The notes below the pieces were generated by a model. The model ran no database searches and was not told the origin of the DNA. It saw only the letters and a program-made list of their open reading frames with translations. Shown one piece after another: positions 10,281 to 21,485 of a stretch of DNA of 51,226 nucleotides. Source of the stretch: Macrostomum lignano (Eukaryota); contig NIVC01001425.1 in the NCBI GenBank assembly GCA_002269645.1, forward strand, positions 1-51,226, written 5' to 3'. Position numbers and translations under genes: made by a program. Positions within the stretch are counted from its first letter, which is position 1. Each line of letters opens with the position of its first letter.

Positions 10281-12903
10281 TCAAAGCTTGGCCGAAGTCA
10301 CACCGTGTTTGAATCGGCCGGCCGACATGAAGGCCAAATCTTCGCTGGGTGGCTGGCCGGTTGCCATCTCGGACAGCAGCTGGCCAATCACTGGGCCGAG
10401 CTTGAAGCCGTGGCCTGCGGTAATCAATATAAATAACTTAGATATTAGTACAGTAGGTACTATAGGGGGCTGTAGCCTAGTAGTTAGAGCATCAGACTAA
10501 GGACTCAAAGGTTGGGGGTTCGATTCCCCGATCCCACTGGAACAATTTGTGTCCTTGAGCAAGACGCTTAACTCTGCATTTGCTTCAGTTCACCCAGCTG
10601 TAAAATGGGTGCCAGCATTAGCTGGGGTAATTAAGGGTGTGTGTGGTGACCCCCCAGTCCTTGGACTGAACAGCCATACGCAGCCTTCAGATGCGGTTCA
10701 AAACCTACCAGAGCAGCCGCAGACAAACAGGATGTTCCGATGCTTCGGGTGCCGATCGACAATGAGGCCGCGGTCTGGCGTCAGCTGGTGTTAGTAAGTA
10801 AATAGAATGTAAATTATAATTATATTAATAAACATTTTAAACCTTTTTGATAAAAGTAAAAGTATAAACATCCCTTAACTACAGCCAGGTCAATGACTCA
10901 CCGTGTAAATACACTTCTCAGTGACGGCAGGCTCCGGCACCAGATGAGGAAACCACCGCCTAACAAAGTCGGTCAGCTCTGGCAGGTAGTATGGCTCCCG
11001 CTGCTCCCGGGTCTCTCGGATGTCCGGGTCCAAGTCCGGCCCGTCGTGCATGCAGATCTGTTGAGTATTATTGCATTTAATTTTAGCATCCTTACTGCTC
11101 ATCCATATCAGTCACTTTGTGTAGTCGACAAGAACAAAATCACACAGAAGTGCATCCAAACAAAAGTACAAAAACCCCTCAAAGTGCAACTAAACTAAAG
11201 TGCGTGTGCACTAAATTACCACAAAATAAAAGTGCAACCGAACAAAATTGTATCAAAGGTGCCACTACCTAAAATTGCACCTACGTAAAAGTACAAAAGC
11301 ACTAAAGCGCCACCAAAAAAGGTACCCAAACAAAAGTGCAAACACTTGCCTTGACCATACCGGGGTACTCGAGCTCCGGCAGTCCGTACACGTGAAAATC
11401 TTCATCCTGATAGTCAAATGTTGGAAATTTTTCCGGCCCAAAATCGCCAGTCTCGGCAGCACCCTCCCCTCGACGCAGTCGCCAGTACATGGCGGTGACG
11501 CCGATGGGCCGCAGCGGGAGCTCCAGGCCGAGGCCCGACAGCAGCTGGCCCGCCCACGCACCAGCCGCCAGAACCACCGAGTCCGCCGTGAGCTCCTCTG
11601 CAGACGCCGCAGCCGCCGTCCCGCTGCCCGAAAGGCGAAGCCGGACGGAGCCGTCGGGCTGCGGCTCGATGGCCGTCACACGGACGCAATCGCGGAGGCG
11701 ACCACCAAGCTGGGCAACTCGAGAGCGCAGCGCTTGCAAGCACCTGGAGTGATCGGGCCATAGACAGGTGAAAAAGTTTCAAACATTTCGGTAACTTATA
11801 TTTGCGAACGCTATGAAGACTTAAGGGTTACCCCGCTTTTCCAATCACCCAGAAATTCAGCATACTCTGTACAGCATTGAAACGGATAATTATCCGTAGC
11901 CGACTTTATCTTGAAAATGACACTGGTGAGAATGACACTGGTGAGAATGACACTGACACCATGGTCACTGATCAATGCCACGGGTCATTCAGGACATTAC
12001 AGGTCATCCAGGACATCGCAAGTCATTCAGGACATTACGGGTCATCCAGGACATTGCAAGTCATTCAGGACATTACGGGTCATCCAGGACATCGCACGTC
12101 ATTCGACACCACGAGTCATCCGGGACATTACGGGTCATCCAGGACATTGCAAGTCATTCAGGACATTACAGGTCATCCAGGACATTGCAAGTCATTCAAG
12201 ACATTACGGGTCATCCAGGACATCGCAAGTCATTTAGGACATTACGGGTCATCCAGGACATCGCACGTCATTCGACACCACGAATTATCCGGGACATTAC
12301 GGGTCATTCAGGACACCCGAGTCATCCGGGACATTACGGGTCATTCAGGACACCCGAGTCATCCAGGACACCGCAGGTCATCCGGAACATTACAGGTCAT
12401 CAAGGAAACCCGGTAAGATTTCCCCGCATTGGCCTCCACGTGTCCCACCTGTCAGCCAGCAGAATCCCAGCACTGGGATCCAGAACGCAGTCGCGGAATC
12501 CCGCAAGCCGAGGAAACCGACTCGCCAGCGACTGTCCGGACAGCCGCTCGAGCGGCATCGAGTTCGACTCCAGCACCTCGCTGATGTTTCTCAAATACGC
12601 ACCCGACCCCAAGGACGCCATGCCGCAGTTGATGAAGAGTCGCTGGCCGCTGAGGCTCTCAAGGCGGCTCCACAGCGGGAACGCCCGCCTCATCAGTCGC
12701 GCATACTCAGCCTCCTTGTAGGCGTAGCGGGTGATGCGGCTGTGCCCGTGGCTGCTGCCTCTGCTGTGCGGCACCGGGAACTGCTCAAGCAGAGTCACTC
12801 GGTGTCCTCGCTCCAGCAGCTGCCAGGCTGTGCAGAGGCCGTTCACCCCGCAGCCAACCACCGCCACGTGCTGCTGGCGCTGCTGCTGCTGCGCTGCGGC
12901 CGC
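10281..12903 (-). CDS. PIPOX: Peroxisomal sarcosine oxidase / L-pipecolate oxidase, copy 1; exons 12903-12449, 11743-11350, 11057-10902, 10784-10709, 10414-10281
   Basis: FAD motif VAVVGCGVNG, SRGSSHGHSRITR, DPSAGILLADR, LAAGAW, YGLPELEYPG, CIYTLTPD, GCSGHGFKLGP, and C-terminal PTS1 AKL. All five exon phases close (1215 nt). Confidence 0.92.
10465..10670 (+). mobile_element. tRNA-headed CORE(MIR-like)-domain SINE in PIPOX copy 1 intron 4
   Basis: A box TAGCCTAGTAG and B box GGTTCGATTCC, then GTGTCCTTGAGCAAGACGCTTAAC...TTCAGTTCACCCAGCTGTAAAATGGG, which resembles the MIR/CORE consensus as I recall it (GTGACCTTGGGCAAGTTACTTAAC...CTCAGTTTCCTCATCTGTAAAATGGG). The 3' end is approximate. Confidence 0.75.
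11980..12400. repeat. Degenerate 19-nt minisatellite (CAGGACATTACGGGTCATC) in PIPOX copy 1 intron 1
   Basis: Alternating 19-nt variants; the 19-aa periodicity of the spurious ORFs agrees. Confidence 0.9.
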
Positions 12904-12962
12904 CTGAGGTGTTTCGCGTGCAATGTTGGAAACAGTACAAGCAGTACTATATCTGATAGTTA

Positions 12963-15870
12963 GGTGTCAGGTTTTGCAGCAATGTGTCAGGTTCTGCAGT
13001 GATATGACAGGTTCTGCAGCAATGTGTCAGGTTCTGCAGTGATATGACAGGTTCTGCAGTGATGTGTCAGGTTCTGCAGTCGTGTGTCAGGTTCTGCAGC
13101 AATGTGTCAGGTTCTGCAGTGATATGACAGGCTCTGCAGTGATGTGTCAGGTTCTGCAGTGATATGACAGGTTCTGCAGTGATGTGTCAGGTACTGCAGT
13201 CATGTGTCAGGTTCTGCAGCAATGTGTCAGGTTCTGCAGTGATATGACAGGTTCTGCAGTCATGTGTCAGGTTCTGCAGTCGTGTGTCAGGTTCTGCAGT
13301 CATGTGCCAGGTTCTGCAGTCATGTGTCAGGTTCTGCAGTCATGTGTCAGATTCTGCAGTCATGTGTCAGGTTCTGCTGTGATCTGTCAGGTTCTGCTGT
13401 GATCTGTCAGGTTCTGCTGTGATCTGTCAGGTTCTGCTGTGATCTGTCAGGTTCTGCAGTGATGTGTCAGGTTCTGCAGTCATGTGTCAGGTTCTGCAGT
13501 GGTGTGTCAGGTTCTGCAGTGATGTGTCAGGTTCTGCAGTGGTGTGTCAGGTTCTGCAGTCATGTGTCAGGTTCTGCTGTGATATGACGGGTTCTGCAGT
13601 GATGTGTCAGGTTCTTCTGTGATCTGTCAGGTTCTGCAGTGATGTGTCAGGTTCTGCTGTGATCTGTCAGGTTCTGCAGTGATGTGTCAGGTTCTGCTGT
13701 GATGTGTCAGGTTCTGCTGTGATGTTTCAGGTTCTGCAGTGATATGACAGGTGCTGCAGTGATGTGTCAGGTTTGTTGTGATGTGTCAGGCTCTGCAGTG
13801 ATGTGTCAGGTTCTGCAGTGATCTGTCAGGTTCTGTGGTGATGTGTCAGGTTCTGCAGTCATGTGTCAGGCTCTGCAGTGATCTGTCAGGTTCTGCAGTG
13901 ATGTGTCAGGTTCTGCAGTGGTGTGTCAGGTTCTGCAGTGGTGTGTCAGGTTCTGCAGTGGTGTGTCAGGTTCTGCAGTCATGTCTCATGTGTCAGGTTC
14001 TGCTGTGATATGACGGGTTCTGCAGTGATGTGTCAGGTTCTGCTGTGATATGACGGGTTCTGCAGTGATGTGTCAGGTTCTGCTGTGATCTGTCAGGTTC
14101 TGCAGTGATGTGTCAGGTTCTTCTGTGATCTGTCAGGTTCTGCAGTGATGTGTCAGGTTCTGTTGTGATCTGTCAGGTTCTGCAGTGATGTGTCAGGTTC
14201 TTCTGTGATCTGTCAGGTTCTGCAGTGATGTGTCAGGTTCTGTTATGATCTGTCAGGTTCTGCAGTGATGTGTCAGGTTCTGCAGTCATGTGTCAGGCTC
14301 TGCAGTGATGTGTCAGGTTCTGCAGTCATGTGTCAGGCTCTGCAGTGATGTGTCAGGTTCTGCAGTCATGTGTCAAGTACTGCAGTGATGTCTCAGGTTC
14401 TGCAGTCATGTGTCAAGTACTGCAGTGGTGTCAGGTTCTGCAGTCATGTGTCAAGTACTGCAGTGGTGTCAGGTTCTGCAGTCATGTGTCAAGTACTGCA
14501 GTGGTGTGTCAGGTTCTGCAGAGATGTGTCAGGTTCTGCTGTGATGTGTCAGGTTCTGCAGTGATATGACAGGTGCTGCAGTGATATGACAGGTGCTGCA
14601 GTGATATGACAGGTGCTGCAGTGATATGACAGGTGCTGCAGTGATATGACAGGTGCTGCAGTGATGTGTCAGGTTCTGCTGTGATGTGTCAGGTTCTGCT
14701 GTGATGTGTCAGGTTCTGCAGTGATATGACAGGTGCTGCAGTGATATGACAGGTGCTGCAGTGATATGACAGGTTCTGCAGTGATGTGTCAGGCTCTGCA
14801 GTGATGTGTCAGGTTCTGCTGTGATGTGTCAGGTTCTGCTGTGATGTGTCAGGTTCTGCAGTGATATGACAGGTGCTGCAGTGATATGACAGGTGCTGCA
14901 GTGATATGACAGGTTCTGCAGTGATGTGTCAGGCTCTGCAGTGATGTGTCAGGCTCTGCAGTCATGTGTCAGGTACTGCAGTCATGTGTCAGGTTCTGCA
15001 GTGATGTGTCAGGTTCTGCTGTGATGTGTCAGGTTCTGCTGTGATGTTTAAGGTTCTACAGTGATATGACAGGTGCTGCAGTGATGTGTCAGGTTCTGCT
15101 GTGATGTGTCAGGCTCTGCAGTGTTGTGTCAGGTTCTGCAGTGATATGACAGATGCTGCAGTGATATGACAGGTTCTGCAGTGATGTGTCAGGCTCTGCA
15201 GTGATGTGTCAGGTTTTGCAGTCATGTGTCAGGTACTGCAGTCATGTGTCAGGTTCTGCAGTGATGTGTCAGGTTCTGCTGTGATGTGTCAGGTTCTGCT
15301 GTGATGTGTCAGGTTCTGCAGTGATATGACAGGTGCTGCAGTGATATGACAGGTGCTGCAGTGATATGACAGGTTCTGCAGTGATGTGTCAGGCTCTGCA
15401 GTGATGTGTCAGGCTCTGCAGTCATGTGTCAGGTACTGCAGTCATGTGTCAGGTTCTGCAGTGATGTGTCAGGTTCTGCTGTGATGTGTCAGGTTCTGCT
15501 GTGATGTTTAAGGTTCTACAGTGATATGACAGGTGCTGCAGTGATGTGTCAGGTTCTGCTGTGATGTGTCAGGCTCTGCAGTGTTGTGTCAGGTTCTGCA
15601 GTGATATGACAGATGCTGCAGTGATATGACAGGTTCTGCAGTGATGTGTCAGGCTCTGCAGTGATGTGTCAGGTTTTGCAGTCATGTGTCAGGTACTGCA
15701 GTCATGTGTCAGGTTCTGCAGTGATGTGTCAGGTTCTGCTGTGATGTGTCAGGTTCTGCTGTGATGTGTCAGGTTCTGCAGTGATATGACAGGTGCTGCA
15801 GTGATATGACAGGTGCTGCAGTGATATGACAGGTGCTGCAGTGATATGTCAGGTGCTGCAGTGATGTGTC
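12963..15870. repeat. 20-nt minisatellite (TGTCAGGTTCTGCAGTGATG), about 145 copies, between the two PIPOX copies
   Basis: Directly visible tandem array with variant units. Confidence 0.97.
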
Positions 15871-16222
15871 AAAAGCCTATGAGTCTTAAAAGAACCTAGG
15901 TAGTTAAACGCAGATGTTTAAGCAAAAAAGCTAGGGTATTGGTAGTGAGGAGGGCTCTATTTCTTTAAAAATCAGGTAACCAAAAGTTAAGTCAATCAAC
16001 TTGCTAATAAGTATCAGTCAAAGAAATATAAATTTTGTGTATTTGTTGATAACAGGAGAAATCAATGAAAAATCAAGTAAATAAATTGTATTGAAAACTA
16101 AATAAAAATCGATCTCAAACCATATAGCAGTTTAAATAAAAACACAATTAGAAATACCAAAATTTTTATGCTAAAACATGCGAATTAAAACCATAAACAA
16201 AATCATTTCCGACACTTGCAGC

Positions 16223-19200
16223 TCAAAGCTTGGCCGAAGTGACACCGTGTTTAAATCGGCCGGCCGACATGAAGGCCAAATCCTGGCTGGGTGGCTGGCC
16301 GGTTGCCATCTCGGACAGCAGCTGGCCAATCGCAGGGCCGAGCTTGAAGCCGTGGCCTGAGAATTCGCGGGACAGAAACAGAGTTTGGTCAACAGGGAAT
16401 GCGCAACCAACCCGATGTACTAGTGTTGGGTAACCTTCATGTACTTTGAAGAAGTAGCGGTGACAGAAGCAGCGGTGACAAAAGCAGCGGTGACAGAAGC
16501 AGCGGTGACAAAAGCAGCGGTGACAGAAGCAACGGTGACAAAAGCAGCGGTGACAGAAGCAGCGGTGACAGAAGCAGCGGTGACAGAAGCAGCGGTGACA
16601 AAAGCAGCGGTGACAGAAGCAACGGTGACAGAAGCAGCAGTGACAAAAGCAGCGGTGACAGAAGCAGCGGTGACAGAAGCAGCGGTGACAAAAGCAGCGG
16701 TGACAGAAGCAGCGGTGACAGAAGCAGCGGTGACAGAAGCAGCGGTGACAGAAGCAGCGGTGACAAAAGCAGCGGTGACAGAAGCAGCGGTGACAGAAGC
16801 AGCGGTGACAGAAGCAACGGTGACAGAAGTAGCGGTAACAAAAGCAAAGGTGACAGAAGCAACGGTGACAGAACCAACTGTGACAGAAGCAACGGGACAG
16901 AAGTAGCAGTGACAAAAGCAACGGTGACAGAAGTAACTGTGACAGAAGCAACGGTGACAGAACCAACTGTGACAGAAGCAATGGTGACAGAAGCAACGGT
17001 GACAGAAGCAACTGTGACAGAAGTAACGGTGACAGAAGTAGCAGTGACAAAAGCAGCGGTGACAGAAGCAACTGTGACAGAAGCAACTGTGACAGAAGCA
17101 ACGGTGACAGAAGCAACTGTGACAGAAGTAACGGTGACAGAAGCAACGGTGACAGAAGCAACTGTGACAGAAGCAACTGTGACAGAAGCAACTGTGACAG
17201 AAGCAACGGTGACAGAAGCAACGGTGACAGAAGCAACGGTGACAGAAGCAACGGTGACAGAAGCAACGGTGACAGAAGCAACTGTGACATAAGCAACTGT
17301 GGCAGAAATAACGGTGACAGAAGTAACTGTGACAGAAGCAACTGTGACAGAAGCAACGGTGACAGAAGCAACGGTGACAGAAGCAACGGTGACAGAAGCA
17401 ACGGTGACAGAAGCAACGGTGACAGAAGCAACGGTGACAGAAGCAACGGTGACAGAAGCAACGGTGACAAGCAACGGTGACAGAAACAACGGTGACAGAA
17501 GCAACTGTGGCAGAAATAACGGTGACAGAAGTAAGGGTGACGGAAGCATTTTACAGTATTTTGACCTAGACTAAGCGTATAGTTTAATACATGTATAAAA
17601 TGTACATGCAGACACTAAATCATAGCTACATATAATATTATAGAGAAACTTGACCCAAATGAGCTCACCTGAGCAGCCGCACACAAATACAATGTTGCGA
17701 TGGCTCGGGTGCCGGTCCACAATCAGGCCGCTATCGGGTGTGAGCTGGGTGAGGAGAACATTTACTAGTTATAATTATTTGTTAGATAAAAGGGGATTTT
17801 CTCTGCCTACAATATGAATGACTCACCGTGTAAATACACTTCTCAGTGACGGCAGGCTCCGGCACCAGGTCTGGGAACCACCGCTTAACAAAATCGGCCA
17901 GCTCTGGCAGATAGTATGGCTCCCGCTGCTCCCGGGACTCCCGGATGTCCGGGTCCAAGTCCGGCCCGTCGTGCATGCAGATCTGGACAATAAGCGCGGG
18001 GCAAGCAAGTAAACTTAGGCGCAGGTAAAAAAATTAACAATAAACGTTAATAAATTTTATCCAAACTGGCTAGAGTACTAATGCACCAAAGTTCCATTAA
18101 AGTACAACAAAAAAGTGCAAACACTTGCCTTGACCATGTCGGGGTACTCGAGCTCCGGCAGTCCGTACACGTGCAGCTTCTCATCCTCGTACACAAAAGT
18201 TGGAAATTTTTCCGGCCTGAAGTCGCCGGTGACGGCAGCGCCGTCCGCTCGACGCAGTCGCCAGTACATGGCGGTGACGCCGATGGGCCGCAGCGGCAGG
18301 TCCAGGCCGAGGCCCGACAGCAGCTGGCCCGCCCACGCACCAGCCGCCAGAACCACCGAGTCCGCCGTGAGCTCCTCTGCAGACGCCGCAGCCGCCGTCC
18401 CGCTGCCCGAAAGGCGAAGCCGGACGGAGCCGTCGGGCTGCGGCTCGATGGCCGTCACGCGGACGCAATCGCGGAGGCGACCACCAAGCTGGGCAACTCG
18501 AGAGCGCAGCGTCTGCAAGCACCTGGAGTGATCGGGCCATAGACAGGTATTTCAAGAGGAATTTCTTAGACTGAACTTATTCAGAGCTAACGGACATTTG
18601 CTTTGTTCTCTGTACACTGTTAGAGTTAACCGGATAACCCGGATACTCCGGTAACCCGGATACTCCGGTAACCCGGATACTCCGGTAACCCGGATACTCC
18701 GGTAACCCGGATACTCCGGTAACCCGGATACTCCGGTAACCCGGATACTCCGGTAACCCGGATACTCCGGTAACCCGGATACTCCGGTAACCCGGATACT
18801 CCGGTAACCCGGATACTCCGGTAACCCGGATACTCCGGTAACCCGGATACTCCGGTAACCCGGATACTCCGGTAACCCGGATACTCCGGTAACCCGGATA
18901 CTCCGGTAACCCGGATACTCCGGTAACCCGGATACTCCGGTAACCCGGATACTCCGGTAACCCGGATACTCCGGTAACCCGGATACTCCGGTAACCCGGA
19001 TACTCCGGTAACCCGGATACTCCGGTAACCCGGATACTCCGGTAACCCGGATACTCCGGTAACCCGGATACTCCGGTAACCCGGATACTCCGGTAACCCG
19101 GATACTCCGGTAACCCGGATACTCCGGTAACCCGGATACTCCGGTAACCCGGATACTCCGGTAACCCGGATACTCCGGTAACCCGGATACTCCGGTAACC

Positions 19201-19767
19201 CGGATACTCCGGTAACCCGGATACTCCGGTAACCCGGATACTCCGGTAACCCGGATACTCCGGTAACCCGGATACTCCAGTAACCAGGATTTTTCAGTCA
19301 AAGTTGTCCTACCTGTCAGCCAGCAGAATCCCAGCACTGGGATCCAGAACGCAGTCGCGGAATCCCGCAAGCCGAGGAAACCGACTCGCCAGCGACTGTC
19401 CGGACAGCCGCTCGAGCGGCATCGAGTTCGACTCCAGCACCTCGCTGATGTTTCTCAAATACGCACCCGACCCCAAGGACGCCATGCCGCAGTTGATGAA
19501 GAGTCGCTGGCCGCTGAGGCTCTCAAGGCGGCTCCACAGCGGGAACGCCCGCCTCATCAGTCGCGCATACTCAGCCTCCTTGTAGGCGTAGCGGGTGATG
19601 CGGCTGTGCCCGTGGCTGCTGCCTCTGCTATGCGGCACCGGGAACTGCTCAAGCAGAGTCACTCGGTGTCCTCGCTCCAGCAGCTGCCAGGCTGTGCAGA
19701 GGCCGTTCACCCCGCAGCCAACCACCGCCACGTGCTGCTGGCGCTGCTGCTGCTGCGCTGCGGCCGC
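16223..19767 (-). CDS. PIPOX: Peroxisomal sarcosine oxidase / L-pipecolate oxidase, copy 2; exons 19767-19313, 18522-18129, 17982-17827, 17744-17669, 16356-16223
   Basis: Same motifs, identical exon lengths (455/394/156/76/134) and phases as copy 1; ends SAKL-stop. Confidence 0.92.
16455..17540. repeat. 15-nt minisatellite (GTGACAGAAGCAGCG / GTGACAGAAGCAACG), about 70 copies, in PIPOX copy 2 intron 4
   Basis: Tandem array lying between donor 17668 and acceptor 16357. Confidence 0.95.
18628..19285. repeat. Near-perfect 17-nt minisatellite (CCCGGATACTCCGGTAA), about 38 copies, in PIPOX copy 2 intron 1
   Basis: Essentially invariant units; the spurious ORF has a 17-aa period. Confidence 0.97.
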
Positions 19768-19861
19768 CTGAGGTGTTTCGCGTGCGACTTTCTAGGCCAT
19801 AGACAACGAGGCTTTTCTTGTGACTGTCTAATTAGGTCCCGAGCTATAGAAAGAGGATTTA

Positions 19862-20202
19862 GTTACAGCCAGAGGACTGTGTGCACCCTGGTGCACTTCA
19901 AGCGACATTGTCGCACAAACGGCGAGAGGCATTACTGCCCATTCCGCCGACTTCCCTGAGCAGGCACACAAGCGCGCGGATACGTACGCAGTCATACGCA
20001 CAGGCACACACTCACACAGGAGTGTACAGCGGCCCTAACTTTATTTATTATCAGGCATGTACACTTCACTGCGCCTTGGGGGTTGGGCCTCAAGGGCGTT
20101 GATTGCACGAGCAGAGCCAAGCCGAGATTCCAATTCAGCCCCAAAATAATGTGACTGAACTTGGAATCCAGCCTGGGACACTGGCTAGACCGCTAGGCTA
20201 TC
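19862..20202 (-). mobile_element. tRNA-headed SINE, family 1, with internally shortened head
   Basis: Matches 8679-9041 along the body. A box TAGCCTAGCGG and B-box-like GGCTGGATTCC on the minus strand. Confidence 0.8.
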
Positions 20203-20547
20203 TAATTGTGCCCTGAGCCATGGGTAGTGCTAATTCAATTGTTTTGCAACATTAAACAAATAACGAATTTAATGTCATGAACATAATGAAAATCATTATC
20301 AATTGTATATAATTAATTAATCTTTCTCAGCTGAAGTTGTATATTCTAGCTTGTTTATAGTTAAAAGAATAAATTTATTTGCAGCAAGAAAATAATTAAT
20401 TTAAAACAAACACGCGAATATACAACTACAAGTTTAAACGGGTTGAAAGACAAGGAAAGGCAAAGGACAATAAATTTATAAACACTGAAGACACAGCCTG
20501 GAGGGCCAGTGAGAACAAAATAGACAACCAGTACTGAAAGCTGGTAA

Positions 20548-21385
20548 GGACACAAGCTTAGATAACTGGTGAGGACACAAGCTTAGCTAATCGGTGAGGA
20601 CACAAGCTTAGCTAACCAGTGAGGACACAAGCTTTGAAAATCGGTGAGAACACAAGCTTTGAAAACCGGTGAGGACACAAGCTTAGATAACCGGTGAGGA
20701 CACAAGCTTAGCTAACCGGTGAGGACACAAGCTTAGCTAACCAGTGAGGACACAAGCTTTGAAAATCGGTGAGAACACAAGCTTTGAAAACCGGTGAGGA
20801 CACAAGCTTAGATAACCGGTGAGGACACAAGCTTAGATAACCGGTGAGGACACAAGCTTAGATAACCGGTGAGGACACAAGCTTAGATAACCGGTGAGGA
20901 CACAAGCTTAGATAACCGGTGAGGACACAAGCTTAGATAACTGGTGAGGACACAAGCTTTGAAAATCGGTGAGAACACAAGCTTTGAAAACCGGTGAGGA
21001 CACAAGCTTAGATAACCGGTGAGGACACAAGCTTAGATAACCGGTGAGGACACAAGCTTAGCTAACCGGTGAGGACACAAGCTTAGCTAACCGGTGAGGA
21101 CACAAGCTTAGCTAACCGGTGAGGACACAAGCTTAGCTAACCGGTGAGGACACAAGCTTTGAAAATCGGTGAGAACACAAGCTTTGAAAACCGGTGAGGA
21201 CACAAGCTTAGATAACCGGTGAGGACAAAAGCTTAGATAACCGGTGAGGACACAAGCTTAGCTAACCGGTGAGGACACAAGCTTAGATAACCGGTGAGGA
21301 CACAAGCTTAGCTAACCGGTGAGGACACAAGCTTAGATAACCGGTGAGGACACAAGCTTTGAAAATCGGTGAGGACACAAGCTTG
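20548..21385. repeat. 25-nt minisatellite (CCGGTGAGGACACAAGCTTAGATAA), about 33 copies, intergenic
   Basis: Tandem array with recurring TTTGAAAA variants. Confidence 0.95.
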
Positions 21386-21485
21386 GACGCAAACTACTGA
21401 ATAAGAACATGGAAAGCAAGCAGGATGACACTCAAACAGACAAAAAGAGAATCACATATCAAATTGAGGTTGAGAACCAAGGAAA

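Noticed and set aside
8970-10540. tRNA genes at 8970-9041 and 10465-10535
   Set aside because: A and B boxes are present, but I could not fold a complete cloverleaf with an acceptor stem and each continues into a SINE body. tRNAscan-SE would be decisive.
16223-17574. Long mucin- or antifreeze-like ORFs (VTEAA)n, (SPLLL)n, (VTVAS)n
   Set aside because: These are translations of a stop-poor 15-nt repeat inside PIPOX copy 2 intron 4. The C-terminal GHGFKLG...AKL of the 415-aa ORF is just PIPOX exon 5.
18552-19370. 272-aa ORF with a 17-aa period, and similar ORFs at 11877-12721, 13184-14569, 23770-24433, 27681-28314 and 47351-47791
   Set aside because: All are by-products of tandem repeats or microsatellites.
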